DNA of 64,000 nt from a virus, in the IMG/VR virus record IMGVR_UViG_3300045988_159113, one strand, 5' to 3'. Both the position numbers and the translations under genes were made by a program. Shown piece after piece: positions 14,601 through 23,600 of this stretch (position 1 is its first letter; each line of letters starts with the position of its first letter). The notes under the pieces are model-generated. The model did not search any database. It was given only the letters and a program-made list of their open reading frames with translations, and was not told the DNA's origin.

Positions 14601-15447
14601 TCTTCATCTTGAGCTGATTATTGTATGATTCAGGATCATCATCAACTTCCTCTTCTTGACCATTGCCAAGTAAACGTTCACGTAATGATCTGCCAAATCC
14701 TATAGCGTCTAATGCTGTTGCATCATTATTGTCGTATGTTCCATCTGCTAATGATGCGGCTGCTTCTGCGAGCTTCTGCTTATAATCTGCAAGATCATGG
14801 AATGCACTACCCTGAAAATCAAACGAGTCATCGTTTAGAGTTCCTGCATAATCGGTAAGCATCTGTGCAAGAGCGTTTGCTCTATTTGTATTACCACGTA
14901 CTCCATTATCGTCTAATGCATCACGATCAACCCAAGATTGAAGATCTGCATCCTCATTTCCGCCATAGAATCTATTCCAGAAATATTTTCTAAGAGCGCC
15001 AAAGTTATACTTTTCTTTTTCTTTAGCTTTAGGTGCTTCATATTGAGGCGCTGATTCCAAAATCTTGTCTAACAAGCCAAGACCATATGATTGCATCTTG
15101 TTATCATCTCCAAGAAATGTTCCAGAGTAGATCATACCATCGCCACGTCTCAAAGACCCATCACGCAGTCCTTGCTGGATTTTTGCAGCTTCATTCAAAA
15201 ACTGATTATATTTCTTGCTGCCTCTACGGAATCCTATATGCTCAGCAAACAAAGGAATATTCTTTTCGTAAAGTTCTGCAAGCTTAGCAGCATCATATTT
15301 CCCACTTGATGTCTAAAATAATACGGGCTGCTCTTCATCGGAAACGGGGGCCTCTACAACTACCTATTCCTTAGGCACAGATGGATCACTTCCAACTACC
15401 GTTCCGCCTGTTTGTAATTTTTTAATATATTGACTCATATTTTGCAT
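8605..15447 (-). CDS. Giant virion-associated protein A (2,280 aa with TAG=Gln), function unknown (cargo/ejection-type protein suspected)
   Basis: Track ORFs 8605..8871, 9433..10011, 10012..10299, 10354..11013, 11224..12639, 12991..13803, 13855..14385 and 14470..15252 share one frame. Breaks at 9433, 10012, 10354, 11224, 12991, 13855 and 14470 are all TAG. Gap 8872..9300 was hand-translated: 5 TAG, no TAA/TGA. ATG 15445-15447 is preceded by an in-frame TAA; the gene ends at TGA 8605-8607. T/P/G/A linker ~10560-10700; glycine-zipper-like hydrophobic region ~13500-13750. Confidence 0.8.
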
Positions 15448-15451
15448 TTAA

Positions 15452-15487
15452 ACTAAAAAAGGAGGTATAAATTATTATATACCTCCT
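15452..15487 (-). terminator. Rho-independent terminator after the small Q/G-rich gene
   Basis: Inverted repeat ggaggtata / tatacctcc (15461-15486), followed on the minus strand by a T-run (plus-strand aaaaaa at 15455-15460). Confidence 0.7.
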
Positions 15488-15515
15488 CCGTCCTTAAACC
15501 ATTAATTTCTATTTA

Positions 15516-15887
15516 TTACCTACGGATGTAGCCTACGAGTTTACCACCTCTGCGATACACGGGCTCGCCCTGAGGAGCTTCCTGCTTGGGTGCGCCTCCG
15601 CCCTGCTGCATCATCTGGATAAACTGCACAATGCCATCGCAAGCCTGCATAGCAGTATTGCAGTCCTGACTCTGTAAAGCCTGAGCTGCCATCTGGCCGA
15701 TCTGCATCAACATTTCCATTGGATCACCGCCACCCTGAGGTGCACCGCCCTCCTGGGGCTGCTCTGCGGGTTCCTCTTCCATGGGAGCCTCAGCGGGAGC
15801 TCCACCTTCAGCTGGTGCGTCTACAGGACCGCCCTGCTGGAACTTCTTAACGCCCACAACGGGCACATTACGAAATCGAATATTCAT
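15516..15887 (-). CDS. Small low-complexity Q/G/P/A/E/M-rich protein (123 aa), visibly GC-richer than its neighbours
   Basis: Intact track ORF with ATG start, TAA stop and no TAG. Bracketed by a promoter-like motif upstream (15927-15943) and a strong terminator downstream, suggesting a separately and highly expressed unit. Confidence 0.75.
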   Translation of the reverse strand: MNIRFRNVPVVGVKKFQQGGPVDAPAEGGAPAEAPMEEEPAEQPQEGGAPQGGGDPMEMLMQIGQMAAQALQSQDCNTAMQACDGIVQFIQMMQQGGGAPKQEAPQGEPVYRRGGKLVGYIRR

Positions 15888-15926
15888 ATTTGTTGTTAAG
15901 TTTAATTAAACGTTTCGAGAATTAAC

Positions 15927-15943
15927 GCAACAATTATAGTATT
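15927..15943 (-). promoter_or_regulatory. Promoter-like motif (minus strand AATACTATAATTGTTGC), copy 1 of 4
   Basis: Contains TATAAT. Near-identical copies lie at 30667-30684, 36763-36779 and 45757-45772, each upstream (minus sense) of a TAG-poor, GC-richer gene. Confidence 0.45.
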
Positions 15944-15974
15944 AAATTATCACATTATATGAATTACTTTTTAA

Positions 15975-16106
15975 TGGACACGAAAAATATAGTATATATA
16001 CTGGATACGAAAAGACCGCTATGGTGGACACGAAAAAACATTTTTCCTCATTCAAGTTTAAGCGTATACTGGACACACCTTTTTTACTTATATACTTGGA
16101 CACACC
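15975..16106. repeat. Array of five short direct repeats: TGGACACGAAAAA x2, TGGATACGAAAAG, (TA)TACT(T)GGACACACC x2
   Basis: Copies at 15975-15987, 16002-16014, 16025-16037, 16070-16079 and 16097-16106. They lie in the intergenic gap between the ADH-fusion stop (16112) and the promoter-like motif. Confidence 0.6.
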
Positions 16107-16111
16107 TCGAA

Positions 16112-17986
16112 TCACTCTTCTCCTCTTTTTGTTCCTCCTTGGATAAGCTTTCCGTTTAAGTTTAGCCAATTCTCCGGATTTTCTCTAGTTTGGAAATATC
16201 TGATATATTCCTCATCTGTATATTGTGTTCCGTCTTTCTTCTTATGATCCTTTGGCGGTGTATAGATCCACCTGTCCCCGTCTTGTTTCCATGCATCTTT
16301 ATTTACTCCTGGCCATGTGATATGCGGTTCTAATTTATAGTCTCCGTTCATATGCGGCCAGTTCCAGAATTTATTTTTTGGTGCTTCTTTAGCTGCTTCT
16401 CGATCTTTCTTTTGCCACTCGTCGTATTCATTTTCGAAAAACGTGTGATAATCGTATGTTCCATCATCTACATCTATCCCTCTACCTCTTAACATATCAA
16501 GGAAAGCCTCGTATTGCCAATCTGTCTTTTTTCCTGGGATTGGATAAGCAGCTTGTACTTTTCCGCGGTATTTCTCACCATCTCCGAATATGAAGCCGAT
16601 GCTAGAGGGCAACCACTCGGTGGCTTTTATATAGTCCTCTTTTGTGTATGGCTTACCGTTCTCGTCAACCTGTCCCTCTGTTGGCCTTATAAACCAATCG
16701 CCGTTGAATAATATAAGGTTCGGGTACCAATCATCAGGTCCCTTTTTCCCGATGTATCTAACATCGTAAGGATTAAAGGCGTAATCTTGCAACTCATCAG
16801 CTATATATGAGTTTTGCGCGTTTCTGTAATTCTTAAACACTTCTGGTTCGTGTTTCTTTTTAATACTTCCGCCTTTTTTATGTTCCTCGATTTTCTCTTT
16901 ATCTTCGGGTTTATCAAAGTCTTTCATCTTTATGACAAAACGGCCATCAACTTCACGATTGCGCATTTTCTGATACGCCTCATCTATAGCTTCTGCTGTG
17001 GGTTCTATCTCTTCAACAATAGGGAAGATGTTGGCTTTAATAGAGAAATCAACGCATAGCTATGTCTCGCTTATTCCTCCGATCAGACTTCCGAAAAGTT
17101 CAACACCTGGAAACTCAAGTATCAAGTCTTTGATAGAGATGTCGGGACATTCATCATATGGAGGAATGCCTACTATTGCAAGCTTTCCGCCACAATGCAA
17201 GAGTCTCATGTATTTTTTGAGGTCGTAATTATACGGGATTGTTATAATTCCAAAATCAAACTTTTTCTCAAAAGACTCATCAATCTCTCCGTCCTCCTCT
17301 ATTTTTGCAAACTTTACATCTACTGCACGTGCTAATTCTTCCCTATCCTCTATATCAAAAGCTACAACCTGGCAGTTTATAGCTTTGAGATATTGGGCCG
17401 CCATATGGCCAAGACCACCAAAGCCTGCAACAAAAACAGTTGAACCTTCCTCTACGTTAGCCTGTCTGATAGGTGAGAATGTAGTAATACCAGCACACAT
17501 GAGGGAAGGGATCTTTGGGAGATCTTCCTCTTTACAGTCTACCTTTATTGCAAAGTCTTGCTTTACAACATAACACGTAGAATATCCGCCTTGTGTTATC
17601 TCATCGTTATCATCCCAGTTTTTAGCGTTGTAAGTGAGAACCATTTTCTTGCATTCCTGTTCTCTGCCATGATCGCAAGCACAACACTCACCGCATGAGT
17701 TAATCATGCAGCCTATGCCTGCATAATCTCCAGCTTTGAATTTCTTGACATCCTTTCCGCAACGGATAACTTTTCCAACTATCTCATGACCAGGCACAAG
17801 TGGAAAGTTAGCTTCTCCCCAATGGTTTTCCACAGCGTGGAGATCACTATGACAAATACCAGCATATAAAATTTCAATAAGTATATCATCATCACTAATA
17901 GCGGGACGTGTAAATTCTATCCTCTGGAAATTTTGATGTGGGCCTTGAAGACCAAAGCCTACACATTTTATTCGTTCAATATCCAT
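16112..17986 (-). CDS. Zn-dependent alcohol dehydrogenase (MDR superfamily, cinnamyl-ADH/YahK-like) fused to a ~270-aa Trp/Lys-rich C-terminal domain of unknown function (624 aa, one in-frame TAG)
   Basis: Track ORFs 17060..17986 and 16112..16966 are in the same frame, joined through TAG 17060-17062. Motifs: GICHSDLH, GHEIVG, CGECCACDHGREQEC (structural Zn), GFGGLGHMAAQY (Rossmann). The C-terminal ADH end YQKMRNREVDGRFVIKM appears only after read-through. Ends at TGA 16112. The ATG overlaps the upstream TAA (TAATG, 17984-17988). Confidence 0.85.
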
Positions 17987-19098
17987 TACTTTTTGTTTTT
18001 GTCAAGCTGTACATACTCTGCATCTCTTCCATCCTGTGCGTCTAATTCTTTGAAGACATAACGCCCAAGACTTGCGCAATATTTCTCATATTCCGGACGT
18101 TTCCGATTTTTCCACGCCCTCTTTGCTTTTGTTATTATTACTTTTGTTGATTTTCTTGACATGATACGCTGGCCGGATTTGAGCTGGTACTAAGTCTCCC
18201 CATCACTTCCCAAAACTTCCATAACGTATTCATCATCATCTCCTGGAAGCTCAAGCTCATCTCCTGGTTTTACATCAGCATCTGGGTTAAGCTCTACCAC
18301 AAACTACACATCGTCTTCGTGGATAAGGTTTTCAGATAATGGTGCACCTTCTTTGACAGAGATGCATTCGAAATCTTCATTGAAAAAGCAGATTTTGAGG
18401 GGTATCTCTGTGTCTTTCATCCAATAGTCAACACTACACGGTTTGTCGTAGTAGAAGATCATACCCTGATCTTTTCCAAGATAGCTGACATTTTGCAAAC
18501 CTTCGGCTTTCTCCTCTTCGGTCTTAGCCTCCCAGAGATGGTAGGTGTTGTTCCCTATCTTCGCCTCTACTGTTGGCTTCTCTGGTTGCTGTTTTGACTC
18601 TTCTTGTTTTGCTCCTTGCTATTCTTTCTGGATATTTCCGCCAGTCTTGAACAACTGCATTCCATTGAATGCACGCAATACATGGTCATCATCCATAAGA
18701 GCCAAAAGCTTCTTCATAGATGAGCCGTGCTTTTTCTTGTTTTCTCTTATCTCTTTGATATCTTCGACTGTGTATTTCTTGTCAGATTTAACTGATCCGA
18801 TCACATCTTTCAGCATATCAGAGAACCCGTCGGTCTCGTACGCTATATCAGGGCCTCCCATAGTTATGATGATCTCACTATTACCTCCAAGGATCTTTTC
18901 AAGTCGTGAAGGTTTATAATCATCAAGGCCGTTTGTAAGCCCAAGAGCTTTTAATACAGAACAGATAAGGCAGTCGAGGTTATCGCTATCATTCAGAACT
19001 GCCTGAGGTTTCATTTCCTCCTTTATTTCCTCCTCCTTCTTCGGCTCTTTCTCCTGTGGTATTGTCTCCTCCACAAGATCCTTGAATGTCTTTTTCAT
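17986..19098 (-). CDS. DUF192-domain protein with a Lys/Glu-rich N-terminal region and a basic C-terminal tail (370 aa, three in-frame TAG)
   Basis: Track ORFs 18619..19098 and 18304..18498 share a frame with TAG at 18619, 18304 and 18190. The DUF192 pattern is recognisable: AKTEEEKAEGL..GMIFYY..DYWMKDTEIPLKICFF...VQFVVELN. TAA at 17986-17988. Confidence 0.7.
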
Positions 19099-19495
19099 GA
19101 TAATATGCCAAATAAAAATATTTTTTCTTTATATAATCACCATTTAATTCTCGCCTGGCCTGTGCAAACATCTCATAATAGTTGGGAATTTCCACCATAT
19201 CCTGCAACTCTTCGAGTTCCATTTCTCGTATGGCTTCCATTTCCACATTCTCGAGTTGTTCTTTTGTAAGCTATGCATCGTGATATTTGGATCTCATATC
19301 AAACGCTGGGGCGTTCTCTTTTATGAATTGTTTGTATTTATACATCACGATCATCATTTCGATAGAGATCCCAAGCGCAGACTCAAACCCATAATACATA
19401 TAACACGGAAGATCCACATAGTGGAATTGTACGGGGTCTCTCCATATGAAAAATTTTTTCTTTAGATTGACCCCGTATTTTATGCTTCTTTTCAT
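18989..19495 (-). CDS. Hypothetical protein (168 aa, one TAG)
   Basis: Track ORFs 19271..19495 and 18989..19246 are in the same frame across TAG 19271. ATG 19493-19495 overlaps the upstream TGA (ATGA). The 3' end overlaps the next gene by 110 nt, so the true end is uncertain. Confidence 0.6.
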
Positions 19496-20676
19496 ACTTT
19501 GATCTGCTTAATCAACCCGACGCGGTCGTCGGTGTTCTCCATCATCTCTTCAGCGATAAGCTTACCGGCTTCAATAGCAAACTCTTGTTTCTCTTGTGCG
19601 TCATCGCTCTCGTTATACTTATCGCGCAGTTTCTCTACTTTCTCTGTGAGATCAGCGGAAAGGATCCATTCAGAATGTTCTATCTCTGCCACCTATTCCA
19701 CTTGCTACCCATCTTTTGCTATCGTCACGACGGGGATGCCCTTATGTGTTATTTCACCTTTAAGGTCATCCCTCACCTCTTCGATATGGTGTTTGTCTTT
19801 ATGGAGTGCACCCTCTGGCAAAAGAGACATCTGCCCTCCATTCTGGAACATATCGATCGTGTCAATGACTGGCACGTATTCTATCGGTTCCTGTTTTGCG
19901 TGTTGCTTCCTGTGATTATATGCCACACGGTGAGCTATCTAATACTAAGATGGCAATATTCCGCCTTTCTTAGCACTCATCGGCATAGCCGACCAATCCG
20001 TACCATTCATCATATTTTGATATTGCTGGTTATTCATATCTTGCTGATTGGCTAATGCATCCATCAGCATTTTGTTTTGGTTCATTATAGATGCCATGTT
20101 GTTTTGTAGTCTTCCAGCTGCTGCCATCTCATCATTTGCTCGGCCTAATGCTTTCCTACTAAACAGGCCATATTTCTTTCCTGACTTCTCTGCTGCATCC
20201 ATAACATCATCGGCAGCTCCTGAATAAGAATCACCACCAAGTGCCAAGGTCTAGGTGTCAGCTTCCATAGTGTCGGATTTCTTAGCTCCTAAAGCATTGA
20301 TGAGCCCGAAAGGAGTAAGAGCCATAAATGACGAATCCAAGAACGCATCAGTCTTTGTCATTCCCGAAGTCCCGACTCCCATAGAATGCAAGGCTTTTGC
20401 CCCCAATGCTCCGAGCTTCATAATACCGCCAGCCATTGGGTTAATCTAACCGACAGCATCAGCAACGCCATTGTATCCTGCATCTAGTCCTGCGGACAGA
20501 TTGCCATATCTTCCTTGGTAGTTATCAGGTTCAGGGAACAAACCACCTAGTGCATTTGCAGCATTGCCTACTGTTCCCCAGATGGCACCAGGAGAAGCTG
20601 CTGTTTGTTTTAGTCCATCGCTTCCTTTACCGGTACTTACGACTCTACCGCTTGCTGCGTTATTTTCTGTACTCAT
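19492..20676 (-). CDS. Hypothetical virion protein, Gly/Ala/Met/Asn/Gln-rich (394 aa, several TAG)
   Basis: Track ORFs 20446..20676, 20251..20436, 19945..20247, 19705..19926 and 19492..19692 share one frame. All junctions are TAG (20446, 20251, 19945, 19939, 19705, 19693). ATGA overlaps at both ends. Confidence 0.75.
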
Positions 20677-23600
20677 GATGCGCTTTTATTGTATAATGTC
20701 AAGACACCACCAACCACTGCAAGCTCATCGCCTGTATAACGGATGCGGATCTTGATATATTTATCCTTTAATTTCATCTCTTTCCTATCGCTCCACTTCT
20801 CGAAGCTTACATCTTCTGTATTATATGTTGTGCCAAATTTATCATTCAGTATATCCAAATCAAAATCGGTAGCCTTAGCATCGTCTGGTATTGGGTTATT
20901 CCCTAGGTTGATGATAGGTTTACCGGTAAATGGGCGATCAACATATTCATTTTTCTGCATGTATGTTATCGATGGAATCTGAACGTACCAGCAATCTTCT
21001 TTGTAGTGCATATTTCCACGTATTCGACCCTCTTTCTTCATATCGACACCTTTAACATGACACCATATCCTGAACTCGTTAAGGAGTTCGTTATACACAA
21101 TTTCAGATCCTGAGAGGTTCTAATAATCAAATCCTGTTTTCTTCATCAGCTAGTAGTAGCTCTCAACATCATTTGCGTCGTGAATCCTTCGATAGTATAA
21201 GGGGAACATTGTAGATTTGGATATATTCGCGCCTACATTAAGTGCAAGCTTTGGCGTTATATGTGTAAAGTCTGGGTTGTATTTGATGCGTGAACCAAGG
21301 CACAGGTTATATAGCGCTTTTGTTATTTCTTGCCTATAGTACATGTTTGGTTTATCATTGCCTAGATCATAACATTCACCGATCACTTCATAATGGAATG
21401 ATTCAGGCGCCGCTTTATTGCTTAGTATCCTCAGATCGTTGAAGATTTTGTGAACACTTGCATCTTTACGTACTACAAACTCAAATTCGAATGGATGCTG
21501 TGTGCCATACCAGAACGTGGGTTTGATAGTCTCCTCTGTCATAACAGCGTCGGACTGCCCATGTTTCCATAGGAAATGTGTAGTTCCTCCATCGTGTATA
21601 TTGGAATGATCTAATCCCAAGATGTGCCTGTTGACTTGATGGTCGAGGGTTATCATACAGTTCCCGATGTTCCCTGATATTGCAGGAAGCCAAGAATAGA
21701 ACGTCTGCCATCCTCCACCTTTCGTTGCTCCGTGCAAATTATAGCATAAGCTCCACATGGTATCATCACAATAAGCGGTAAAGATCACGTCGCCTTTAAA
21801 CATGTTATAGTGGGATTTGATATTCACTTTGCCAATGTCTGGATTCATTCCATCCATTGGCAACGCATCATTGAGGAATGACTGAATCCTAAAATCTGAG
21901 ATCATCTAAACGGTTGATCCATCACATGCCCAGATTTTCTTGGCGTTCGAATCAACACCAAAGACTCCGTAAGGTGTAGATATAACACTCTCAGGCCATG
22001 TAGATCCGAAATCTTCAGATAATATTTTCGGAGTTTCCGGCAACACGTTTGAGGTGTTGATATATACGAATCCACCGGCTCCCTCTCCTGCAAGTGCTCG
22101 CTCATTGACTGGTACCAACATGATACCATGCTCGCATACTACCAATAGATAACTTGCCAATGATACGATTTTTGTAATTGCTCCGTATTGATCGGTGTAA
22201 TCTCTATAATGATTGGCAAGGAAAACACGGTTTCCATTTTCAAAGTTCCCGTTTACAAGGATATTTGAATATTGGATTCTGTTTTTGTAGTAGTTATTCT
22301 CCCAGATATAGTTGTTTTGATTGAAGTGTAGCCTATCACCTCCTGACTTACTGAATCCCTCGTTGTAGTTATCGGATTCTCTTAACTTATAAGATCCGGA
22401 TGGGTCTATACTGTGCAATGGGTAGAACGACCTAGCATTTCCACTATGTGCCTTTTCATCTGTCCATGCTTCATTTGTGCTTCTTATGCATATATTCCTC
22501 GATGATCTACACGGGAAAGTAACCCATGAGCCCATCTGCACAGCATTCATATCGCCAAGGTTTACATCAAGGGCAACGTCTGGATTCTTAGTTAAATCAA
22601 AGCTTCTGTATTCAATCGAGAATAGCTTATTCAAAGCATTTGTGAAACACATTCCCTAAAGGATCGTGTCATTATATGGAGCGGATGAGTCATTGAAGTT
22701 TCTATTTACTCTGTGAGTATACCATCCAATGAAACAATCGCCACGGTAGCAATCAATATCTCTTGTGCTTATATCCTGACTGTCTGATATTCTATAATAC
22801 TGGCGTCTGTCGTTGAAGCGAGTGGTAAAATATCCGCCCATATTGTCTTCGCTGTATCCTGGAATATATAAGTTAACGATCTTATTAGCTATGTCTTGAC
22901 CTTTAGATTTACCGTTTTCTTCTGTATATGGATAAAGTCCGACATATGAACCATATAATCCTCTCATCAGGTTATATGGCTTTTGCATCGAGAGCCTACC
23001 CATCTTGTCGGTCGGAGTATATGATAAGTCAGGTCTTACCTACGCAAGGAATTTGGCACCAGCAAAACTGAATGTCTTAGTCGTCACATCTCCGGCTTTA
23101 GCAGAGAAGAACACATTGTCGTCGTGTCTTATAGAGTTCTCTTTTACTATCGCCTTTTTATGTAAGATTGTACCGAGAGACATTCCCTCTTCAATACTCA
23201 AACCGAAAGATTTGAAGAATTTAGATGTGCTGATATCTGTGTTGTTATATTGATATAATCTTTGAACGTTGCTTTGTAAATAAGCGCTCGATGTTATTGT
23301 TTTTGCGACTAGCTCCTAACCTGTGAAAATATTATTGTAATATGGCATATTAAGTTCATAATCCGGGCAGAACATAGCAAAGCTGTTATTCTCCATCGGG
23401 TTATAGATATAGGCCATATTGCCATAGTTTCCATTTTCCTTTTTCTTAGGATAGTCATATTTTCCGTTGTATGTGCTGATATCGAACTCGTAACCACTCA
23501 TGGTTCCATCTGTAACCAAAGTGCCAGCCTGAGATCTTGCATTGACTACTCTATCGCGTATTCTCTCAGCATAGCTATTTTTGGCTGAGTCAATATTTTC

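Noticed and set aside
15942-16169. 75-aa minus ORF (and the 66-aa plus ORF 15959..16159) covering the TGGACAC repeat region.
   Set aside because: It overlaps the 3' end of the ADH-fusion gene. Its sequence is dominated by the translated repeats and a poly-basic tract. It has no sensible start context. The region is better explained as a regulatory repeat array.
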